A stretch of DNA of 59,448 bases, filler included, from Dugesia japonica (lineage: Eukaryota): the NCBI GenBank assembly GCA_001938525.1. It is 6 parts of 6 records of this genome, joined end to end, with 100 filler letters (N's around TTAATTAATTAA, not from the genome) between each part and the next. Parts side by side here need not be neighbours in the genome. Positions count along the whole stretch, not along the records: positions 39,896 to 50,043 come from MQRL01642810.1; positions 50,144 to 59,448 come from MQRL01590541.1; 4 more parts are not named here. One strand, written 5' to 3'. Positions 40,383 through 50,349 of the stretch are shown piece by piece (within the stretch, counting starts at the first letter, position 1; each line of letters opens with the position of its first letter). The notes under the pieces are model-generated. The model made no database searches and was not told where the DNA came from. It saw only the letters and a program-made list of their open reading frames with translations. Position numbers and translations under genes: made by a program.

Positions 40383-40529
40383 CTGAGCGGGAAATTTAAA
40401 TATTAAATCTGCGCAGGAAATTTAAATATTAAATCTGCACGGGAAATTTAAATATTAAATCTGCGGGGAAAATTTAAATATTAAATCTGCGTGTGAAATT
40501 TAAATATTAAATCTGCGCGGGAAATTTAA
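40383..40529. repeat. 26-bp tandem array (~5.5 copies) containing GCGGGAAATTTAAA
   Basis: Period exactly 26 (GAAATTT register at 40391, 40417, 40443, 40469, 40495, 40521). Confidence 0.95.
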
Positions 40530-40723
40530 TTATGAAGTCTGTCTTGACGATAGTTGCTATGGATATTANNNNNNNNNNNNNNNNNNNNNNNNNNNNNNNN
40601 NNNNNNNNNNNNNNNNNNNNNNNNNNNNNNNNNNNNNNNNNNNNNNNNNNNNNNNNNNNNNNNNNNNNNNNNNNNNNNNNNNNNNNNNNNNNNNNNNNNN
40701 NNNNNNNNNNNNNNNNTAAACAC

Positions 40724-40790
40724 TTTGACCTTGAAAAAATTTGACCTTGAGGGGGGAGGGGGTGTTTATGTGCGCTAGGATCTATCTACT
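40724..40790 (-). mobile_element. Polinton terminus (outer end at 40790) with G-tract and two TGACCTTGA motifs
   Basis: Reverse complement AGTAGATAGATCCTAGCGCAC matches the termini at 17950, 26584 and 59125. Confidence 0.7.
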
Positions 40791-41030
40791 CATATGTTAT
40801 GCATGATTTACTTGAGATTATTATAAATATTGTTCGTGGTAATGTAAATTTGAGCGAATCTAAAAAAAACATAAAAAAACATTGAAAAACCTTACTATCG
40901 CTTGTAAATACTAAAAATAGGAGATTGATTAGGAAAGTAATACGAAATAATGAAGGTGGTGAATTTATAGCAGCATTAGGCGTAACTCATTTCAAAAAAA
41001 CAATTGAAGCTTTTGATCAATTTATTAATA
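40791..41030 (+). pseudogene. Small basic Polinton protein (upstream of integrase), 5'-truncated
   Basis: LLEIIINIVRGNVNLSE...KKH*K.L...RRLIRK...NEGGEFIAALG resembles the conserved N(I/L)xxGNVxL...QxGGF small Polinton ORF. Confidence 0.65.
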
Positions 41031-41043
41031 AACAATNGGTGGA

Positions 41044-42108
41044 TTGCAATCATTACCTAATTTTGACTTAAAATTGGCATCGAGTTGTTGTAATGGGTTT
41101 CGAAGCGTAGAGAAATTGATGAAAGCATCTCAAAAAACGAAAAGAAAGACAAAAAAGTGGTTATCGGAACAACTAGCGCACAGTCTGAACAAGCCGATGT
41201 TGAAAAGATTTCCAACAAGAGCATATAAAACATATAGTATTGATGATTTATGGTAAATGAATCTAATGGAGATTCATTCCATATTCAAAAATTAATAAAA
41301 GATACAAGTATATTTTGACATGTATCGATGTATTCAGTAGATTTGCAAGAGCTGTTCCTGTTAAATCAAAAGCTGCTAATAATATGGAACCAGCAATCAA
41401 GTCAATGTGTAAAAATGGACATCCAGATAATTTACAAACGAATTTGGGTAAGGAAGTTTACAATTCCAAGGTGAAACAACTTATAAATCATCTATCCATA
41501 AACCATTACAGTGTATTCTCTCAGTATAAAGCTGCACATGTAGAGATATTTAATCGCACATTGTGAGATGCATTGAAAAGTACTATGTACATGTTGGTAA
41601 TAAAACTTGAATAAATGTTTTACCGAAACTTATTCATAGTTATTATCATTCTGGTCATACGAGATTTAATGGAGCAAGACCGGTTGATGTAAGTACAAAC
41701 AATCAATTAAAGTTATGGTTATCACTTAAACATTCAAAAGCAAATAAAATACCAAAATATAAAGTTGGTGATCATGTGAGAATCTCAAAAATATCTGCTT
41801 CACCATTTATCAAGAATTTCAATAGTAATTGAAGTGATGAAGTTTTTCCAAAAAACAAAAATAAACAAAATCCGATCATGTATGTTAATAAAGATTATGA
41901 AGATAATATTGTTCAAGGAAAATTCTATGAACAAGAATTACAAGTCATTCCACCACCAAAGATAAATGGAATAGAAGCAATAATCAAATCAAAAGAAACT
42001 GGAAAGAATAAACAATACTATGTAAAATGACATGGATACGAAAAACGGAGTTGGATATTAGCATCGCAAATAGTCAATCAGGAAGAAAATTTAGATGAAA
42101 TCGAGTAA
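41044..42108 (+). pseudogene. Polinton retroviral-like (c-)integrase with C-terminal chromodomain
   Basis: KWL..Q..HSL.KP...RFP...IDDLW; LTCIDVFSRFA; LQT.LGKE.YN; KAAHVE.FNRTL; KYKVGDHVRISK; GKFYEQELQ; YYVK*HGY...SWI. Confidence 0.95.
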
Positions 42109-43100
42109 TTTCTATACGCTTTTACCTAGTAATAGCTGTCCACTTATTCATCCTAAGAATAATGTTAGTAAATTCATTGTCGAGCTACAAAATCCAATTT
42201 ATATGGATGGTAGTTGAGAAATTGCAATGATGGACTTCACCTTTCTATAGTCACCATTTCCGGTATATAGCAAGTCAAAAATTGAATATATGACTGCAAA
42301 AATATATTGAATTAAATAACTGTAACAATAAATAACAAGAAAAAAACACTTAGTGTTGATAAAAATAAATTTTTTGAAATATTTGAAAATAATCTCATAA
42401 GATTTTATTGTGATTTTCCATATATTGTCATATTTGAAGATGCACATATCGCACAATCATTTAAATTAGGATTTAAATCTAACAAATTATCAAAGAAATT
42501 TGGTCATGTCTATACAAACTTTACAAATGATGACACAGTACAAAAAGTAAAAATTAAAGTAACTTATACAGTGGTGAATTATCAGTTTATAGATGATATA
42601 TACATATCAGAATTGGAACAATTAAGTTAATATTTGACCGAAAATTTTACTCAAATATTTAAGAAATGTCTTATAAATGCGGATAAATATTTTGAATTCG
42701 AGCTACAAGATGATGTCAAAAAAGTTGTATTTGATAATGTCTTGACAAGAACATTGGGATTATTCTCCTGAAGATATGAAGGAAGGTCAGTTCAAAACTA
42801 TTACCAAGTCAAAAATAATGAAATTACATCAGCAAATGTTCATCTATAGTAGTCTTGTTGAACCTATAATTNNNNNNNNNNNNNNNNNNNNNNNNNNNNN
42901 NNNNNNNNNNNNNNNNNNNNNNNNNNNNNNNNNNNNNNNNNNNNNNNNNNNNNNNNNNNNNNNNNNNNNNNNNNNNNNNNNNATGTATAAACAATATAGA
43001 AATTAATATACGCGATGATAACGGAAAATTAATTAAGTTTCCAAAACATTCAAAAATCCATTTAACTTTACATTTTAGAAAACTAAAAAATGAATCCTGA
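42095..43100 (+). pseudogene. Polinton minor capsid (penton-like, single jelly-roll) protein
   Basis: FYTLLPSNS...PKNNVSKFIVELQNPI.MDG.*EIAM; MFIYSSLVEPII; IEINIRDDNGKLIKF...LTLHFRK. Confidence 0.9.
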
Positions 43101-43323
43101 TATTTTTTCAATGTATAGTACTAGTCAAGCAGGTGGAGAATTACCTTACTTTCTTTGAAAACAGTATGGATCTAGTTGGTTGAGAACCATAGGTAGATTT
43201 GCTTTACCGATTCTTAAACGTATTGGTTCTTTTGGTATGAAAACAGCTCAGGATGCACTAGCTTATGCCGGAAAAATACTATCAAAATTGAAATCAAATG
43301 GATTAGCTGAACTTGGAATTTAA
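43090..43323 (+). pseudogene. Polinton PW-type small virion protein with GG motif and amphipathic helix
   Basis: YSTSQAGGELPYFL*KQYGSSWLRTIGRFALPILKRIGSFGMKTAQDAL. Confidence 0.8.
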
Positions 43324-43325
43324 AC

Positions 43326-43468
43326 TTTAAACAATAAACCTGCTCAAATACTAGTATTCGATCCATTAGCATTTAATTATCCATCAATGTTGGTGTCACA
43401 CCTATCGAAAATATTGAAGCCAATAGTCTACAATAAAATCCGATATCAAGATCCATTTACAACTACAC
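43326..43468 (+). pseudogene. Central fragment of Polinton protease joined directly to PW (MCP deleted)
   Basis: NNKPAQILVFDPLAFNYPSMLVSHLSKILKPIVYNKIRYQDPFTTT aligns with 38170-38310. Confidence 0.75.
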
Positions 43469-44474
43469 TTTTTATTATGGTTGAAAAAACAACATTGTAC
43501 TTGACAATATTTATTTGTTCTTGTTGTAAAAAATAAATGTCTTTTATTGAAATGAAATCTTTGTTATTTATTAAATATTTGTAAGTAATATGCTAATAAT
43601 ACATGTTTTTTTATTATCAAAAAAAAATTAAATTAATTTAAAATACTGCAACGTAATATATCTGTATTTTGTAAAATTAATTTAAAATATTACAACGTAA
43701 TATGCCTGCATTATTTTAAATAAATTTGTCATTTTAAAATACACACATATTCGAATTTGATTGGTTAGATTTGAAAAACTTGCTAAAATTTATTATTATT
43801 CATCACAATTTCAAATTATTTTTAGAAAACAAGTGAGCTTGAAGTAATTTATTATTAACATTATTAACTTTTATTTTTAGAATAAACATGAATTCATATA
43901 AACAAAATGGAAAAAGATTTATTTCAACTACGAATGCTGTAAGATTGTTATTATTTATTATTAATAAATTAATTATGTAATTTAGAATTTTAATGAAATG
44001 CGACATAGAGGTGAAGGATCTCACGTTAGTTCTTTTGATTTTATTATATTTTTAAATATTTTTTTATAAGTTAAATTTTAATAAAATAAAACTTTTATGT
44101 TAAGTTATTATGAAGAACAAATTGCCATGTTCTATGTTATGAAGAAATGTTCTATATTATCAAGAAATGTTATGAAAAAGAAATGCTCTGTGTTTTTTTA
44201 AATGAAAAAGTTCTATGCTTTTATCATTTTTTTCTGAAAAAATTGCATCGCTAATGACATTTTTTATTAAAAATTGCAACAGTAAAAAAACGTTTATTAA
44301 CAATTACACCGGGAATGAGGTTTTTTATATAAAATTGCATCACTAACTTGATTTTGTTTATTAAACATTACCACTTTTATATGTTTTTTTTTAAATGGAA
44401 AATAACAGTTAATAAATTTGTTTTAAGAAGAAAAATGTTAAAATCATTATTTTATTAATATTAAATTATTTCAG

Positions 44475-45260
44475 AACTTTGCAAATTATACAATCATTGC
44501 GTAAATGTGAGTCATAATGGTGACTGTCATAGTATCATGGAAGAATATTATGGCCAACGGTTTTATGGAATAAATTATTTTGTGTGTCCCAATTGTAAGG
44601 TATTAGGCTTAAGTGACTATCCAAGTTTTTATATGACGCATAAGAAACACTTGTCTTGTTTTAGTAAAAGTAAAAAAAATATTTTAAAATCAATATTAGA
44701 TAGTCAGATGGATAGTGAGTTTTATGAAGCACCAGTAAATAAGAGAATTAAGATGGATGAAATAACAGTTAAGGATGAACCGGTTGAAATAATTGTTATT
44801 GAAGATGATGTTGAAGAAATAATGATCAAGGATGAACCAGTTAAAATAATTGTTATTGAAGATCATGTTAAAGAAAAAATAATCAGTTGAAAAAATTGAA
44901 TATGTTCTTGGAGAAATTATCAATTTGGATCTAAAAGAAGAAACAACATATATTGTATAAGAAGAAACAGCAAATATTGAATCTGATGATTGGAAAAGTT
45001 TTGAAATAATTTATGAACTTGATGAAAAAGATATCATGTTACATGAGCTCGTCGATATGAAAGAGGAAAATAATCAAGTTGGTGAATCGATAATGAATAC
45101 TGAAGAAGATATCATGTTACAACAATTTATGAATGCAGAAGAAACGGAAATTAATAATCAAATTTGTGGATCAGCAGATAAAACTGCGGAGGATGAAGTA
45201 ATTATAGAATCGGATTTGTATCGTTGTCATAGGATACTTAAAATAGATGTTTTGAGATAG
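44475..45260 (+). pseudogene. N-terminal extension / terminal-protein region of pPolB (Zn-finger-like, acidic repeats)
   Basis: Acceptor-like ttatttcAG at 44474, CPNC...H..H, NLS-like PVNKRIK, and a 57-bp duplicated VKDEPVEIIVIEDD. The 45036 ORF is in frame with pPolB across one stop. Confidence 0.6.
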
Positions 45261-45275
45261 AATTGTCGTGAAATA

Positions 45276-46370
45276 ATGTTACCAGAAGCTATAGTAAACA
45301 AATTATTTCAGACAATAGAAGGAATGAAGAAAGTTAAAATTCAATTTGGGATACATGTAGAGTTCAAAAGAATAATAACAACTGCTGATGGAGAAGAATT
45401 TGAGTTTAAAACNTGTAGGATATCAAATAGAGCCGTTGCATTAACTGATAACGTTTTTGAAGATGGGATCAACCAATTGAATGAGAAAATAACAATAAGA
45501 AGTGAACTAGGCTCCAGTTGGATGTTGAACAGAATACTTGAAATTAATTTAAAAATTACAAAGATCGCAGATATATGTCGACTTTCAGGAAAAAGTTATA
45601 TTCCAACACCGGAAGATTTAAAAAAGAAAGACGCAATTGTAAACATCAAGAACAATGATAATTACTGTTTTATTTACAGTATTCTTGCTATCACCAAAAG
45701 TGATCAAGTTGGACAAAGGAATAAAATCCGAGTAACATTATATAAAAAATACATGTCGGAGTTTATTTTTGATGAAGAGGATATGCCAATGAAACTGATT
45801 GATATACCTAAGTTTGAGAAGAATAATCCAGGACTATCCATCAATGTCCTATCATGGAATCCAGAATCAGTGGAGGATGAAGATGATGATGTAGTAATGA
45901 AACATCCAAATTTATACATAATTCATCGTTCAAAAGTAATAGATGGAGAAAAAATATATCTGTTATTAAAAATATATCTATATGGTTGGGCACTTAGTCA
46001 AAAATTACCCTTTGCAAATTTTGAATGGGTCTATGATGGATTAGATAGGATTTTGGAAGAGTTTAAGAATGCAGGCCTAGATTCATTGTCATATGGATAC
46101 ACTCTAGAGGTTAACATGGTGATTCCTGCAGAGATTCATGATTATTTGAATGATTTGCCGGTTGCAGCAGAACATAGAAGCGCTCCAGGTTGTAAAGTGA
46201 AGAAATTAATATCAACGCTCTACTCCAAGAACAATTACGTAGTGCACTGGAGATTGCTGCAAATGTATTTAAGTTTAGAAGTTAAAGTAATAGAAATTCA
46301 TCGAGGAGTTATATTCAGCCAGGCTTCAATTTTTGAGAATTATATCAACACCAACACAATTCTCAGATAA
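45276..46370 (+). pseudogene. Polinton pPolB with in-frame deletion of the exonuclease region and truncated C-terminus
   Basis: GSSW, SYIPTP..L.KK.AIVNIKN.DN.CF.YSILA, IPKFEKNNP.LSINV, then directly LYGWALSQKLP, GYTLEV...IHDYLNDLP.A.E, KLI.TL..K.NYVVH, IHR...FSQ...YI..NT..R. Confidence 0.93.
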
Positions 46371-46650
46371 AATTGTAGTACGGAATTGGAAAGAAATTAT
46401 TATATACCTAACTATAGAAGAAATGCTGGAAAATATTGAAAGAAATTATTTCGATTCCGAATTAAAAATATTACCATCAATTCAAGAAGGTAATTTAAAA
46501 AAGATATATTATTTAATTATAAGATTTAATTAAAATTATATGCTTAAAATAAAATAAGACTTTGATTAAATAAGATTTATTATAGAACATTAAAATAAAC
46601 CACACATAAAAGCAAACAAAATATTTACAACACTTAACAAATAAAGTCTT

Positions 46651-47414
46651 TTACAACCAAGAAACAAGATGTTGGTGTGATTGTTTGACATTGCATACTG
46701 GATCTAAACTAATAAATAATACGTTTACATAAATAAAAACTATTTTACAGACATTTTTCTTCCTATCCACACGAAATTGTCTTTGTTTACCAAATGCAAT
46801 TGATAGAGCTTGCATTTTAACATTTGTTCTGTTTATATTAATTATCTCCGGACTCTGATATTGTCTGCCCATGTTCTATTTATTGGTAATGTTCACTTTT
46901 TCTTCCTTATAAATCTCAATAGCTACTGTTAATGGATCAAGTTCATAAAACCTTACCAAGTTTTTCATCAAAAACGTCATGTTTTCAAGAACGTTTGGAT
47001 CGAATTAAAGTTTTTTAGAGCTTTCTTATTTTCTTAATACCTAATTAAATAATAATTATTGTATTAATAATAATAATAATATTACCACCAAACTATCAAG
47101 AAATTGAATTTCTATCAAACTCATTTGTAGTTTCTTCTCCAACTTATATAACGATACTACAAAATTTCGTTGTTGGATATTTCTGTCATTGGATTAATAA
47201 AGGGTTCCAGATTGTATTCTACTTTTTTTCTCTCTGCTTTTTTTATAATACACCTATTCAAATTGTCCATATAATTCAGTGTATAGGCTTGATTAATGAT
47301 TGACAATACTTTGTATCCTGCATTTGGTAGAGAATCTTCATTATCTTTGTTGCAAATATCTATCTGCTTGAGCATTTCATATTGTTTGTGTGATGAGTTG
47401 CGAATATCTACCAT
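46651..47414 (-). pseudogene. Spliced Polinton accessory gene of unknown function
   Basis: ATG at 47414 with a TATA ~35 nt upstream. A ~44-nt GT-AG intron at ~47041-47084 preserves the frame (QFLDSLV|VLRK...FYELDPL...). Several stops are present. Confidence 0.45.
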
Positions 47415-47447
47415 TTTGAAAATAATGAAATATTTAAAAGAATCTCT

Positions 47448-47985
47448 ATTTATATACTTTTTTATGTATGTTTGTATAATTTTTATTAGTTATAGAAGGG
47501 ATAGAAACAAACTAGAAACCAATAGAAATCCTGGAACCAATAGAAATAAAGAAACCAATAGAAATCCATCTGGAAAAAGAAAAGAAAAACAGTTGTTGTT
47601 GTAATAAATGTTTCTTATTGTAATTAGTTTTTTATTAATAAATACAATAGATNTGCAACTCAGATGAAACTCAAATGCAACACATATACACTAAAAAATC
47701 ACATGCCTGGGAATTGTTATTGATATTTTAAATAAATGCAATACGTATGCAACTCAGATGCAACCCACATACACTGAAAATCACTCGCTTATGAATTTTA
47801 GACTTCCTCGTCCCTTGCAAAATAACAAGACTGTCCCATCTCTTACATAAATAAATTAATTTAATTAAATTTAATTTAATTATAATAAAAAGATTTCCCA
47901 CAATGAAATGAAAAATTTCCAACCAAAAGATTTTTTTTGAATTTCCCGCCAAAAAATATTTTTTTTGAATTTCCTGCCAAAAAAG
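47448..47985 (-). promoter_or_regulatory. Putative promoter: TATA, 3x CCAAT (18-bp period) and E2F-CHR composite sites
   Basis: TATATAAAT (reverse complement of 47448-47456); AACCAATAGAAAT at 47517, 47535 and 47553; TTTGAA-TTTCCCGCCAAAA at 47936-47954 with a one-mismatch copy at 47964-47982. Confidence 0.55.
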
Positions 47986-48489
47986 TTTTTAAAAATATCC
48001 AGACTTGCCTCTTCCCTGTTCGAAAATATTAAAAAACAACCCTTCCCGGTTCAAAATACCGAAAAAATAACCAAAAATACATCAAATACATTAAAATAAC
48101 ATTACTTTCATTAAATTTATCAATTTCAGCAAAATACAGCATTTTTAACCAAATTAAAGATTTCAAAAAATTTTGACGTCATAACCACACAACAGAAAAA
48201 TTTCAAATAAATCTTATAAAATCCGATAATTAATTCTCTTTCCAGGCATACCAACCTCCACCTCACGAAAAATTTTTTAACACACTTATACTACTTAAAA
48301 ATAAACCAATCAAATAGTAGCCCTTAAAATAAAAAATCAAAGTACATTCGGCAACCAAAATTTTTTCCATTACATTACCTCTCCAACAAACCATCAACTA
48401 ACAAATTCCATCAACAACAAACAAACCTACAGCCTCCATAAAACTACCCATGATAACTCATACGCCTGTGCCCGTGTATGAGAAAGGCC

Positions 48490-50043
48490 ATTTGTTTGAA
48501 TGTTCGAGAATTGAAATTTCTGGAATTCGTGGATTTGTGTTTCGTTGTTGTTGAGCCTGTTGCGCTAAATAATCAATTTCCATAGATAAATCGTTCTGAA
48601 TGACACTGAGGAATTCTAATCAGTTCATGGGGCGGCTCCTCGGAAGTAACGTTACTGGAATAAGTGTGATTTTTAATTTCTCGTATCTAGTTCTCCATTT
48701 TCCATACTCATTTGTTAAGTCAACATTTTCAATGATAAGATTCTCATTTTTTTCTTTCATCCCTTGTTTTCCTTTGTTTAACTGTTTATTCTCCCGAATC
48801 ATATATTTATTACTGTTTTCCAGATTCTGTATTATTGTACGACTTTCCTGACACGCTTCCTTCCATCTTTTACTCTCAATCTCTTAATTCTCTTTATCTT
48901 TGATTTCTCTTTGAATTCTTTCGAAATGTATTTGCTGAGCCTGGGTTCTGGCTAAATATTTATTTTCAATCGTTAATTCTAGCATCTTAGTTTTCTTTTG
49001 GTTTCATTTTATTTCTGTTCTATTTTCATCAATTCTATTATAACAATAAGGGTTAAGAATAAATTCAATTTGTTATATATTAATTCTAAGCTGGACTAGC
49101 ATCATCTCTGTCTTTATATTCACGCTAATTTGTATGGGTATTTACATTTCACTTGGCTTAGCATTTCATATGTAACAGTTTAAATACCTGCGATTGTCTT
49201 CTCGACTTCACTTTACTTTACATCTCTCCTTTATTTGGATTCTCTTTTCTCACACAACACTCATTTTGCAATTCTTGTTTTCTACAGAAATAATTGTGAT
49301 TCATTTAAATCTTTTGCACTACACTACACTCTACTATAACATTTTGAGCTTAAGCTGTTTACACAATTTTCTACTTTCTCATTACCACATATTGTAATTA
49401 ACAATATTATTATAGCTACAAATTCACCGACTCTACCGATGAGTCTCATTCACCATCCATCACCCGCTTCTAATATCCACGTTATCGTCTTCATTTTCTC
49501 TAATTGATTTAGCTAATCTGGTTTGATTTTTTATCCCGTTGGCCCTTTCCATCTTTTGCATTAGTCTTTCGAAAATATCGTTTTCTGCCTGATTCAGCAC
49601 TCTTATTGGCACTTTTAATTTTTCAATTGTTTTCATTCCAGTTTTGTGTTGATTCACTTCGACTATTTCTCTTTTACTTGTCGTATTGATTTTTGTGATA
49701 TTGTTTACATTACTCTTTTTTATTGTTTCTGGTTTTGTCGCCTCTCAACCTCGTGTCGTTTTCGGTTTACTGATTGGCCTTATTGACGTTTCTCTTGTAC
49801 TTGTTATCCTTGTTGTAATTCTTGTTTTGATGACTTGTTTTGTCGTTTTATCTGGTAGTAGCTCCCACACTATCATAACCTTCACTTTAAACCATATTCC
49901 ATATTTTAATTCTTGCTGATTGCCGCTCCAATTATAATTGAGTAATAAGTCACCATTTTTCCAATCTTGAAGTGATAAATAATGTCCGATTCTCACGTTT
50001 TGTTTTCTTCCTTGCAACACTGATAAGTCTACAAACTTTTCTG
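48490..50043 (-). pseudogene. Degenerate ORF region with Thr-rich stalk, a hydrophobic segment and a coiled coil; possibly a 3' accessory/env-like region of an LTR element
   Basis: KTRITTRITSTRETSIRPISKPKTT, then FVAIIILLITICG (other frame), then a long heptad-like stretch. Many stops. Confidence 0.3.
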
Positions 50044-50143
50044 NNNNNNNNNNNNNNNNNNNNNNNNNNNNNNNNNNNNNNNNNNNNTTAATTAATTAAN
50101 NNNNNNNNNNNNNNNNNNNNNNNNNNNNNNNNNNNNNNNNNNN
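50044..50143. other. Artificial contig-joining spacer
   Basis: 44N-TTAATTAATTAA-44N. Confidence 0.97.
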
Positions 50144-50349
50144 ATAAAGATATAAATTTTAAAATATTCAAATGTACATTGTGAAAAGTGGTCATACTTG
50201 TGTCCATTGGACATAGTCCGGTGAGTTGGGGGTATTGCGACGCCGATAACGCTGTCTCTTCCACTTATAGCGCTTGTGAATTTGATAAATTGATACTATA
50301 AACGCTACGAGGAAGAAATACACCGGTTCCCAAAATTATTAGGGGAATA

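Noticed and set aside
39896-40529. Tandem arrays as a CRISPR array
   Set aside because: Units are head-to-tail without unique spacers, there are no cas genes, and the context is eukaryotic.
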